A DNA stretch of 64,000 nucleotides from Candidatus Aenigmatarchaeota archaeon. GTDB taxonomy: Archaea; Aenigmatarchaeota; Aenigmatarchaeia; QMZP01; QMZT01. Positions within the stretch are counted from its first letter, which is position 1, and every line of letters begins with the position of its first letter. Location: assembly GCA_043808015.1 (NCBI GenBank), contig JAZDFI010000029.1, forward strand, positions 40,537 through 104,536, in the 5' to 3' direction. Under the pieces are notes generated by a model. It worked only from the letters and a program-made list of their open reading frames with translations, did not search any database and was not told the DNA's origin. Shown here piece by piece: positions 55,310 through 64,000 of the stretch. The position numbers and the translations under genes were made by a program.

Positions 55310-55530
55310 TATAGCGGTGTTATGAAAATCACGTGAAACAAACAACCCCCCTGTTTCCTATGAAGATTCTAAAAACAGTTATATATAGACACTATGAACG
55401 AAATAAAATTCCATCGGAAATGAAGGATAAACCAACTTCACCGTGAAACACATAACGTCCGAATGAAGATTCTCTTCGGGAACTTCACACAAGATTCCAT
55501 AAGAAACGAGGGGGTTCATGGCTGGACGTG
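55310..55530. other. Replication origin candidate 2 (ORB cluster between convergent tctA and polB)
   Basis: Minus 55344-55365 CTTCATAGGAAACAGGGGGGTT; plus 55409-55428 TTCCATCGGAAATGAAGGAT; plus 55495-55516 TTCCATAAGAAACGAGGGGGTT. AT-rich spacer 55366-55408. Confidence 0.72.
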
Positions 55531-55533
55531 AAG

Positions 55534-58179
55534 CTAGCACACAACGCTTTTGGCGGGGCCTAATGGCGACGAGAAAGAGAAGGAGCCGCCACATTCACAT
55601 ATGCCGGTGAGCGGTGGAAGCGTATACGTCCTGAAACACTTCTTGCATATGATGCCGGTAATCTGGTCTGCCGGTATTTCTTTCAGTTCATCAGTCTTTT
55701 TTGGCGCGCTCACGTTAAACGCCCCGAAAAGGCCAATCTGCTTGCCCTTTCCGAGAAGCTCTGTTTTCGATATGCCAAGCGCGTCGAATATCCTTTCCAG
55801 GGGCGGAAGAAGCTGGTTTTCCAGATAGTATTTCGAATCTATTTCCAGGCCGTGCTCCGTCACGTATGCCGGATCTTCAGACCTCCTGGACAAAAGGTCC
55901 AAACCCTTGATTATAACATAACCTATCCTGTCACCAACACCGGGCGCTTCGGCCGGACTGCGCTTTCTTATTTTTTTCACGAGTTCGGCATGCGGCTGTA
56001 CGCCATCATAAAAGTCGGCCTTTTTCGTCATGGTTTTGGTTATTACCAGCTTCTGGATGGGTATTTTTCCGGCTACCATGTCATCGACTACGCCTTTGAA
56101 ATGTTTCACCGCCTTCTTGATGTCATTGGTCTTCAGGATTGTGTCGAGGATGTGACCAATCGTTTCTGATGTCAGGCTGCACCAGTCCCTGCGGACAGTC
56201 TCGATTCCTTTCGTCTCGATGCGCTCTTTCCAGCCGCCGTTTGCAACTTCGAAAGACCATGCGGCATAGCGTTTCTTCGTGAGCGGTAAAAAGCGTTTGA
56301 AAACCTTCTCGAATTCGAGTTCCATAACACCTTTGAGTATTGCTGTCTTCGTGCCTTCCGTTACTTTCTCACCAGCTTTACGCATGTCCTCAAGGTCGTC
56401 GAAAGGGACTTTTATCATAACAGAATCCGTATCACCATAAACGACCCTGTAACCATACTCCCTTTCTATGAATTCCTTGGTGTTTTTTATCGTGTCCCTG
56501 CCGAACGCGGTCACGGAATTGGCTATTTCAAGCGAATAAAGCTTTGAGCGGGGATAGCCGAAATAGCCGTAGAAAGCATTTGACATTATCTTGAGCGCCA
56601 GCTGCTTTGCCTTGAGCTCCCTGGCGCGGGCGGGGTTGGTTTCCTTTTTCATGTCCCTTTTCACGATCTGCCGCTCTTTTGTGAGCCGCTCCAGTATTCT
56701 CGGTATTATGCCGCACTTCAGGCTCTCAGGCACGAACTTCACTCCGACCGGCGACACATTTTCGCCATCCACATCACCCTCGAGAAGGAGCGTCGTGGGG
56801 CACATGTTGTAGGTTCTCATGAGCGACGGATACATCGACTTGAAGTCCAGGACGATGATGTTGGAATGCAACCCCTTGTCGGGCTCCAGGACGAAACCGC
56901 CTTTTAGCTCGACTTTGCGCGCATTGTCCCTTTTCGCGACGTCGGAACTATTCGGCTTGCACGGAACTATGTAGCCGTCCTTGTTGAATTCGCGCAGGAC
57001 GAGATTTTCGATGCGTGTAGTCTCGCCGGAATCCAGTATGTCCTGCAGCAGTATACCTGAAACCCTGGAAAGAGCTATGTATTTGTCAAGAAGGTTGAGC
57101 TTGATTATCAGGTCGAGCGCGAGCTTCGCATCTTTCCTTGAATAATTCACCAGAAGCCTGTAGTCCTCGTTATTGCCGTGCCACAATTTTTCAATCTGGG
57201 ATTTTTTAACCGGCTCTTTGCACTCCTTCAGCAGCTCCGTGGAAACACTGTTGAGATCGTAACGTTTCATGGAGAAGCCCTTTTTCACGAGCTCGAACGA
57301 ATCCACCACAATCCTGCCGGTTATGTTTACCCTGTGCCTGTTCATGACCTGGTTCGTGGTCACGCGCTTGTTGCACCGCCCGAAGCCCGGATACACGTCT
57401 TGGGACTTCATTCTTTCAAGGATGTACGGAATGTCGAAGTTGTTTATGTTGAAGCCCGTTATGAAGTCGGGGTCGTATTCCAATATTATTTCGTTCATGC
57501 CCTGCAGCATTTCCTTCTCGTCCTCGTAGTATGCGACATCCTTTTCGGAGCGCGTGCTCAGGACCATGTCCTTGCGGCCCTTGTAAGGCTCGCTGAAGGC
57601 GAGGGAAATCATGATTATCGGGTCTTTCGTGCTGACAGGCATTTCGCCTTCCTTTAGCGAGACGCATTCAATGTCGAGCGCGAGAAACTTGAGCGGAGCT
57701 AGCCCTTCCTTCTCGACGGGCTTGAAGGTTTTCATCTTTATTTTTTTGCCGGTGCTGACCGTCGCCGTCGACACGCCGTTCGTATCCTCGACTTCTATCC
57801 ACCCCATCCCAAAGAGGCCTTGGTCCGCCATGAACCTGTATTTGAAGGGAATGTCGGCTTCGAATACGCGGCAACCCCTCGCAAAGAGCTTTTCGCGGAG
57901 TTCCGGAGTCTTGGCCGGATTTTTTGTTACGATTTTAATAACCTCTTTCTTCTCGGTCTGGTAGCCGGACGGTAAAAATCGCAGGACTTTATCGACTCTC
58001 GCTACGTTCGCCTCGTTTTTAACCAGCTCCTCTACGTTGTTGCCCGTGGCGTAGAAATAAGGTTCGAAGCCCTCGTAAAAACAGCAGACAGTCTCGCCTC
58101 GTTCGCTCTTGCCGAAAATCCTTATTATGGGCTTGTCCCCAACCAGCGTGTAGTCTGCATCGAGTATCTGCAAAAGCAT
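55534..58179 (-). CDS. polB: Family B DNA polymerase, Pol-delta-like, with PIP-like box and C-terminal Cys4 zinc finger
   Basis: Exo DIE, FN…FD, Y…D; Pol DFKSMYPS, K…N..YG, YGDTDS, KKRY, KGIETVRRD. C-terminus QIGLFGAF then CKKC-x12-CEC. Confidence 0.95.
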   Translation of the reverse strand: MLLQILDADYTLVGDKPIIRIFGKSERGETVCCFYEGFEPYFYATGNNVEELVKNEANVARVDKVLRFLPSGYQTEKKEVIKIVTKNPAKTPELREKLFARGCRVFEADIPFKYRFMADQGLFGMGWIEVEDTNGVSTATVSTGKKIKMKTFKPVEKEGLAPLKFLALDIECVSLKEGEMPVSTKDPIIMISLAFSEPYKGRKDMVLSTRSEKDVAYYEDEKEMLQGMNEIILEYDPDFITGFNINNFDIPYILERMKSQDVYPGFGRCNKRVTTNQVMNRHRVNITGRIVVDSFELVKKGFSMKRYDLNSVSTELLKECKEPVKKSQIEKLWHGNNEDYRLLVNYSRKDAKLALDLIIKLNLLDKYIALSRVSGILLQDILDSGETTRIENLVLREFNKDGYIVPCKPNSSDVAKRDNARKVELKGGFVLEPDKGLHSNIIVLDFKSMYPSLMRTYNMCPTTLLLEGDVDGENVSPVGVKFVPESLKCGIIPRILERLTKERQIVKRDMKKETNPARARELKAKQLALKIMSNAFYGYFGYPRSKLYSLEIANSVTAFGRDTIKNTKEFIEREYGYRVVYGDTDSVMIKVPFDDLEDMRKAGEKVTEGTKTAILKGVMELEFEKVFKRFLPLTKKRYAAWSFEVANGGWKERIETKGIETVRRDWCSLTSETIGHILDTILKTNDIKKAVKHFKGVVDDMVAGKIPIQKLVITKTMTKKADFYDGVQPHAELVKKIRKRSPAEAPGVGDRIGYVIIKGLDLLSRRSEDPAYVTEHGLEIDSKYYLENQLLPPLERIFDALGISKTELLGKGKQIGLFGAFNVSAPKKTDELKEIPADQITGIICKKCFRTYTLPPLTGICECGGSFSFSSPLGPAKSVVC

Positions 58180-58320
58180 AATGAGAATTGCCGACTTAAT
58201 ATTAAAACCATTTCGTTATCCAAAAGTATACTTTCCAAAATGAGTTTCAAAACAACACGTTTTTACGCACCAAACACATTTAAGAATGACCGCGACAATA
58301 ACCATATTGGTTGGTCAGGC

Positions 58321-58644
58321 ATGAACGTGAATCCTAAACAGATGGAAAAGATGATGAAGCAGATGGGCATGAACGTGACGAACATCGATGCAGAGGAAGT
58401 CATCATCCGCACGGCAGAAAAAGATATAATTATTATGGAGCCGCAGGTATCGAAGATAAAAGCCATGGGTCAGGAGACGTTCCAGATAAGCGGAGGCGAA
58501 ATTTCGGAGCGCGCCCGCGACGACGAAGGCGACGACGATGTTGAGATGGTTGCCGACCAGGCCGGCGTCTCGAAAGAAGAGGCCAGATCAATGCTTAAAG
58601 AGACGGGCGATATCGCCGAGGCCATAATGCGCCTGAAAAAATAG
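58321..58644 (+). CDS. nac: Nascent polypeptide-associated complex protein
   Basis: NPKQM..MMKQMG…AEEVII…GQETFQI; UBA-like C-terminus (VADQAGVS.EEA…GDIAEAI). Confidence 0.95.
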   Translation: MNVNPKQMEKMMKQMGMNVTNIDAEEVIIRTAEKDIIIMEPQVSKIKAMGQETFQISGGEISERARDDEGDDDVEMVADQAGVSKEEARSMLKETGDIAEAIMRLKK

Positions 58645-58692
58645 TAACTTCAGCGACGATTATTTTTTATACAATAACAGCATAACTAACTT

Positions 58693-61425
58693 ATGGATTC
58701 CACTGCCGAGTGGCACGAGCTGCATGCCAGCGACGCACTGAAAAAACTCGAAACTACTGAAAAAGGGCTCAGCCAAAGCGAGGCGGAAGCGCGCCTGAAA
58801 CAATACGGCTATAACGAGCTGCAGAAGAAAAAAGGCATAAGCAAGCTGCAGATTTTTATCCAGCAATTCAAAAACATTTTGGTTCTCATACTTATCGCGG
58901 CGACGATTTTCTCGGCTTTCGTCGGCGAGTTCATCGATGCGGCCGCTATTATAATAATTGTAATATTAAATGCGATTTTCGGCTTCGTGCAGGAGTTCAA
59001 GGCCGAAAAAACCATAGAGGCGCTGAAGAAGCTCACATCACCCGAAACGGTCGTGATACGCGATGGCATTGAAAAAAAAATAGACAGCCACCTCGTCGTG
59101 CCTGGTGATATCGTCGTTCTCGATGAGGGAAGCCGCGTGCCGGCGGACATGCGCTTAATACGCATCGCAGAACTGAGAATCGATGAAGCAATGCTTACCG
59201 GGGAATCGCTCCCGGCAAGAAAACAGACTGAGCCGCTGAAGACTGCGTCCATTGCCGATAGGAGAAATCTCGCCTACATGGGAACGCTGGTCACTTACGG
59301 GCGAGGGACAGGCGTTGTGATAGGCACGGGCATGGCGACTGAAATGGGCAAGATAGCAGGCGCCGTCCAGGAGCAGGAGGAGCAATCAACACCTCTCCAG
59401 AAAAAACTGAGCGACTTCGGCAGAATTCTGGGCATTATAATTCTGGTCATATGCGCCATCGTGATAGTCATAGGCATAATCAGGGAAGGCCCTCTGGCAG
59501 GCCAGCCAATAACAGAGACGCTGCTAATAAACATGATTATCATGGGAATCGCCCTGGCAGTAGCGGCCATACCGGAAGGTCTCACAGCCGTCCTTACGAT
59601 AACCCTGGCGCTAGGCCTGCAGAAGCTGGCGAAACAGAACGCCCTCATGCGCAAGCTGCCTGCGGTCGAAGCGCTGGGCTCGACGACTATAATATGTTCC
59701 GACAAGACAGGCACGCTGACAAAAAACGAGATGACCATCAGCGAGATATGGTGCTCCGAAAAGACGATAGATGTGACAGGCAACGGCTATGACCCTGACG
59801 GAAAGTTCATGTTCGAGGGCCGCGAAATAAGCGGCAAAACTTCGGAAGAGGTTGAATTTTTGTTCAGAACAGGAACATTATGCAACAATGCGAGCCTGGT
59901 CAAAAACGAAAACGACTATGGCATAATAGGCGACCCGACTGAAGCGGCGATTGTCGTGGCTGCAAAAAAGATCGGCATAGAAAAATCAGTAATAGAAAAC
60001 AAAATGAAAAGAGAGCACGAGATACCTTTCTCTTCCGAGAGGAAGATGATGACCACGATAAACGCCAGCGATAAAAAATACATTTCATGTGTGAAAGGCG
60101 CTGCCGAGATCGTGCTCAATCGCTGTGATAGCATGCAGCTCGACGGCAAGCACGTGAAACTGACGAGTGCTCTCAGGGAAAAAATAATTCAGAAGACCAC
60201 GGAGATGACGGGCAAGGCTTTACGCGTCCTTGCGGTCGCGTATAGAGACCTGGATTCGGTTGATATTGAAGCCGCGGAGAAAAACCTTATTTTAATCGGA
60301 CTCGTCGGAATGATAGATCCGCCGAGGGACGAAGCAATAGAAAGCGTGAAAGTCTGCAAAGAGGCAGGCATACGCGTGATCATGATAACAGGCGACCACA
60401 AAAACACGGCTGCCGCCGTGGCGAAGCGTCTTGGCATACTCGACGAGCACGGAAAGGTGCTGGTGGGTGAGGAGCTCGATGCGCTGTCCGACACCGACTT
60501 TGAAAAAATCGTGGGCGAGGTCTCCGTGTATGCGAGGGTCAACCCATTGCACAAACTCAAGATTGTGGACGTGCTGAAGAAAAAGGGCGAGATAATAGCC
60601 ATGACAGGCGACGGAGTGAACGACGCGCCGGCGCTTAAGAAGGCGGACATAGGCATAGCCATGGGCATAAAGGGAACGGACGTCTCGAAGGAGGCGTCCA
60701 ACATGATACTGAGCGACGACAACTTCGCATCGATAGTCAGCGCCGTGCACGAGGGCCGCGTGATTTACGATAACATAAAGAAATTCATACAGTATCTGCT
60801 CTCATGCAACGTCGGGGAAGTCATGCTGATATTGTTTGCCATTATCATAGGCTTTACAGACCCTACAGTCAAAGATCCCGTGACCGGCCTGAGCCCGATC
60901 GTATTACCGCTTACGGCAATACAGCTTTTGTGGATAAACATACTAACCGACGGGCTGCCGGCGCTTGCGATAGGCGTCGACCCCGCGGCGCCGGGCATAA
61001 TGAAGCGCCGCCCGCGCGACCCGAAGGAGGGCATACTCACAAAACACATGATGGTGGAAATCATGTTCTTCGGGTTTGTCATGTCTGTCGTGACGCTGGT
61101 CATGTTCAGCATCGACCTCCAGTTCGGCAGCACCAGGGCGATAACCACGGCCTTCACGACAGTTGTGATCATAGAAATGATACGGGCGCATCAAGTGCGC
61201 ATGAAATACAAGATAAGCCTGTTTGCCAACAAAATGCTGCTGCTGGCGATAGCTTCGTCAATAGCGCTGCACCTGTTCATCGTCTACACGCCTTTCATGC
61301 AGCCGATATTCGGCACTTCGGCGATGGAGCTGTTCGACTGGATAGAAATTTTAATTGCATCATTCTTTGTACTGGTCGTCATGTGGCTTTTCAATAAAAT
61401 ATACAAGGGCCGCGGCTACGATTGA
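58693..61425 (+). CDS. P-type cation-transporting ATPase (type IIA, Ca2+-like)
   Basis: [54 protein letters not shown]. Confidence 0.95.
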   Translation: MDSTAEWHELHASDALKKLETTEKGLSQSEAEARLKQYGYNELQKKKGISKLQIFIQQFKNILVLILIAATIFSAFVGEFIDAAAIIIIVILNAIFGFVQEFKAEKTIEALKKLTSPETVVIRDGIEKKIDSHLVVPGDIVVLDEGSRVPADMRLIRIAELRIDEAMLTGESLPARKQTEPLKTASIADRRNLAYMGTLVTYGRGTGVVIGTGMATEMGKIAGAVQEQEEQSTPLQKKLSDFGRILGIIILVICAIVIVIGIIREGPLAGQPITETLLINMIIMGIALAVAAIPEGLTAVLTITLALGLQKLAKQNALMRKLPAVEALGSTTIICSDKTGTLTKNEMTISEIWCSEKTIDVTGNGYDPDGKFMFEGREISGKTSEEVEFLFRTGTLCNNASLVKNENDYGIIGDPTEAAIVVAAKKIGIEKSVIENKMKREHEIPFSSERKMMTTINASDKKYISCVKGAAEIVLNRCDSMQLDGKHVKLTSALREKIIQKTTEMTGKALRVLAVAYRDLDSVDIEAAEKNLILIGLVGMIDPPRDEAIESVKVCKEAGIRVIMITGDHKNTAAAVAKRLGILDEHGKVLVGEELDALSDTDFEKIVGEVSVYARVNPLHKLKIVDVLKKKGEIIAMTGDGVNDAPALKKADIGIAMGIKGTDVSKEASNMILSDDNFASIVSAVHEGRVIYDNIKKFIQYLLSCNVGEVMLILFAIIIGFTDPTVKDPVTGLSPIVLPLTAIQLLWINILTDGLPALAIGVDPAAPGIMKRRPRDPKEGILTKHMMVEIMFFGFVMSVVTLVMFSIDLQFGSTRAITTAFTTVVIIEMIRAHQVRMKYKISLFANKMLLLAIASSIALHLFIVYTPFMQPIFGTSAMELFDWIEILIASFFVLVVMWLFNKIYKGRGYD

Positions 61426-61477
61426 TAAACAAAATCTTATTTAATCATGAAACCAACAAAATCACGAAGTGTATAGC

Positions 61478-62485
61478 ATGCTCACCCTCATACTCGCCGT
61501 GATGATATCATTTTTTACAGTGTTCTTTCTAACGCCTTCCGTGAAAAAATTCCTTGAGCGCGCCGACATAGCAGGCGTCGACCAGCAGAAACCCACGAAA
61601 CCAAAAATGGCTACATCAGCCGGCATACTCATCATGGTCAGCGTCTTACTGGGCGGCTTCTTTTTCATAGGCGCCAACACATTTCTCATACACGAACACG
61701 TGAATCTTACATATCTTCTGGCCGCATACTGCTCGATATTCATGGTTGCTTTCATAGGCTTCCTGGACGACCTGAACGTCGCCAAAAGGCCGAAAAAAGT
61801 CAAAGGAGTCGATGACATAAGAATCGGCCTGAAACAGTGGCAGAAGCCGCTCCTGACGCTTCCTGCAGCAATCCCTTTAATGGCCATCATGGCGGGCACG
61901 ACAACAATGAGCGTACCATTTATTGGAATCGTGGATTTTGGCATACTATACCCGCTCGTCCTCATCCCCGTTGCAGTCGTGGCAGTGAGCAACGCGACCA
62001 ACATGCTAGCGGGCATGAACGGCCTTGAAACGGGCATGGGCATCGTCTCGATGTTCTCGCTTGGCCTTTACACCTTCATGCTCGGCAGGACAGAAGCGAG
62101 CGTGATAGCATTCACATTATGTTTCGCACTTCTCGCGTTCCTTAAATGGAACTGGTTCCCGGCCAAATTCCTGCCAGGCGATTCGCTCACGTATCTGATA
62201 GGAGCGACTTTCGCCGCGGTCGTCATAATAGGCAACGTCGAGAAGTTCGGCATTTTCGTTTTCCTGCCGTGGATAATAGAGGCCTTCCTCAAGCTACGCT
62301 CTAAATTCAGGGCCAGGAGCCTCGGCAACCTTCAGAAAGACGGGACGCTCTCCCCGCCTTATGAGAAAGTTTATTCGCTTACGCATTTGGCCATGAAAAT
62401 AAGGCCCATGAAAGAAAAACAAATTACAACGCTGCTGATACTTTTCGAGATAATAGTCTGCATGCTGGCTTTCATGCTGGTTTAA
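61478..62485 (+). CDS. Polyprenyl-phosphate GlcNAc-1-phosphate transferase (AglH/Alg7/MraY superfamily)
   Basis: G.DQQK, GFLDD, NATNMLAGMNGLE, NWFPAKFLPGDS. Confidence 0.88.
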   Translation: MLTLILAVMISFFTVFFLTPSVKKFLERADIAGVDQQKPTKPKMATSAGILIMVSVLLGGFFFIGANTFLIHEHVNLTYLLAAYCSIFMVAFIGFLDDLNVAKRPKKVKGVDDIRIGLKQWQKPLLTLPAAIPLMAIMAGTTTMSVPFIGIVDFGILYPLVLIPVAVVAVSNATNMLAGMNGLETGMGIVSMFSLGLYTFMLGRTEASVIAFTLCFALLAFLKWNWFPAKFLPGDSLTYLIGATFAAVVIIGNVEKFGIFVFLPWIIEAFLKLRSKFRARSLGNLQKDGTLSPPYEKVYSLTHLAMKIRPMKEKQITTLLILFEIIVCMLAFMLV

Positions 62486-62496
62486 AATAGTCCAAT

Positions 62497-63999
62497 TCAT
62501 TCCCTTTTCATGACGTTGACATACTGGCCTGTCACGTTTGCAGGGAAGTTTTCGTATTTCACCTTGTATATTTTCATGCCAAGGTTGTCGTAAACTTTCT
62601 CGAAATAATTTTCCAGGCCGGAGCCGTCATAAAGATAAAGCCTTACAAACACGCAGTCCTGCACGGCTTCAGGCAGGAACAGCACGGCGTTGCCCGCGAA
62701 GTAAACCGTCCCTGGTATGGCGTTTGATTTGTTCGTGCTCACAATCCTCCCGCCGATTGCCACGTTCTTTATGTATGCCTGTCCCTGGGGCATCTTTATG
62801 ACTGCAGTTATGTTTTCAAGCGTCGTTTCGTTCTCAGTCTGCGTTGCAGTGTAAGCCACCAGTATTGACTGGTCCGCGCCGCCATATTCCAAAAGGTATC
62901 TGTTGCCTTCCTGGTAGTTCTTGGCGAGATTGAACACAGGCAGCACGTCTATCTTTTCGCCCCAGTTGGCTATTTTCGACATGGCCCCGAATTTCGGCAC
63001 GAGGTCAGACGAGACCATGACGTAGTCTATGCTGTAGTTTTTTATGAAATTAAGGCCGCTATAAGGCGAGTCGCCATCGGCAAACGGCTCGGTGTAGAAT
63101 TTCGCGACGTCCCTTATGGGCGGGTCATCGTGCCATCCGCCATCCATGAGAGTCGTGCGCTTGGCGATATACTGGAACCACCATCCGAAATCCCACCATT
63201 CCAAAACTATCGAATCCGTTGGCGTGTTGTCGCGTATCCAGAAAAACGCTTCCTTCCAGTCGTCCGTGAGCGAGCTGGTTATGTTCTGCGCCATCACGTA
63301 TGCTGCCAGCGCGTTGGTCACGACTATAAGCACGACCAGCGCCAGGCCTGCAATTTTCAAACCGGTATACAACTGGCCTTTGGCGTATTTGCCGCCATAC
63401 TTCAAAACAAAATGGCCACCCCTGCATATGAAATACGCGGCCGTTATTGCAGCCGGGAAAGCGAATATGAAGGCGAGCCTAGCAGCGCCTACCGCAAGCA
63501 CCATGAACGTGAAGAAAAGCACGCCGAGCATGAGGTATTCGAAACCCTTTTTTCTGAAAACGAATTCATAAAACAGCAGCAATCCGCCGAGCACGGCGAA
63601 ATATATCGCGGAAAGGTAAATGAGCGGTTGCGGCAGTTGATACACATTTAAGGCATACTCGTTGCCGAAGCTGATGGTGCTGCCCCTGAAGAAATCACCG
63701 ACCGTCTGGCCCTCGGCCACGGTCGAAGAAACAACTCCGACGCTAAGCGGGTTTGATATCCTTTGTATGCTGATAGAGACCCATGCGCCTACATCGACGA
63801 ACATGTAGGACACTATGCCGACGAGTATAACGGCCACAACTACCAGTGCGGGGATAACGACCGGTATGTAGCTTTCTTTCACCAGTTTGAATCTTTCGAC
63901 CGCGTATCTTATCGCCAGCAATCCAATAGCAATGAGCGACATTACAGTATCCTGCGATGCGAAGTCAGGGGAGACTGCAAACGCCCTTGATAAAATGAA
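62497..63999 (-). CDS. aglB: Oligosaccharyltransferase AglB/STT3, 5'-truncated by the window edge
   Basis: STVAE motif, W.EA..WI..NTP, WWDFG, DLVPKF.AM; frame is open to the window end. Confidence 0.92.
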   Translation of the reverse strand, partial: FILSRAFAVSPDFASQDTVMSLIAIGLLAIRYAVERFKLVKESYIPVVIPALVVVAVILVGIVSYMFVDVGAWVSISIQRISNPLSVGVVSSTVAEGQTVGDFFRGSTISFGNEYALNVYQLPQPLIYLSAIYFAVLGGLLLFYEFVFRKKGFEYLMLGVLFFTFMVLAVGAARLAFIFAFPAAITAAYFICRGGHFVLKYGGKYAKGQLYTGLKIAGLALVVLIVVTNALAAYVMAQNITSSLTDDWKEAFFWIRDNTPTDSIVLEWWDFGWWFQYIAKRTTLMDGGWHDDPPIRDVAKFYTEPFADGDSPYSGLNFIKNYSIDYVMVSSDLVPKFGAMSKIANWGEKIDVLPVFNLAKNYQEGNRYLLEYGGADQSILVAYTATQTENETTLENITAVIKMPQGQAYIKNVAIGGRIVSTNKSNAIPGTVYFAGNAVLFLPEAVQDCVFVRLYLYDGSGLENYFEKVYDNLGMKIYKVKYENFPANVTGQYVNVMKRE

Positions 64000-64000
64000 A

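Noticed and set aside
17378-58179. Inteins in RtcB, RadA, Cdc6 or PolB
   Set aside because: All have normal lengths and contiguous catalytic motifs.
1-64000. Many long antisense or alternative-frame ORFs (e.g. 35181-35954, 17612-18235, 5108-5767) and mobile elements
   Set aside because: They are shadow ORFs over well-supported genes and have no recognisable motifs. I saw no integrase or transposase, and no duplicated tRNA 3' end.

Overview
Gene-dense archaeal chromosomal DNA. Gene content points to a DPANN archaeon, possibly Aenigmarchaeota-like, but this is inferred and was not tested by phylogeny. It is mostly core genome: translation (rps17e, eS26, rpl1-rpl10-rpl12, GlyRS, PheRS, AlaRS, CCA enzyme, RtcB/archease, NAC, thermosome), replication and repair (cdc6/orc1, RPA, RadA, DnaG, EndoQ, PolB), dispersed type IV pilus genes, N-glycosylation (AglB, AglH-like) and fermentative metabolism (PPDK, ADP-forming acyl-CoA synthetase, probable arginine synthetase). 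There are two intron-containing tRNAs: Arg-CCT with a T-loop intron and Ile-TAT. No CRISPR array, transposase or integrase was seen. The most striking result is a replication locus (50.2-58.2 kb) holding cdc6, two ORB clusters, a PolD DP1-like protein that has lost all its exonuclease motifs, and a Pol-delta-like PolB ending in a DP2-type Cys4 zinc finger. This looks like an archaeal version of the eukaryotic 'catalytic subunit plus inactive B subunit' polymerase. Other sequence-level signals are a strand-polarised GTGAA array beside an AAA+/winged-helix gene, a recurrent ATGTTTAAACAT promoter palindrome, a permuted L1-binding operator over the rpl1 Shine-Dalgarno, and a tandem of four paralogous lipoproteins. 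All product calls come from motif recognition by eye; no database search was run.
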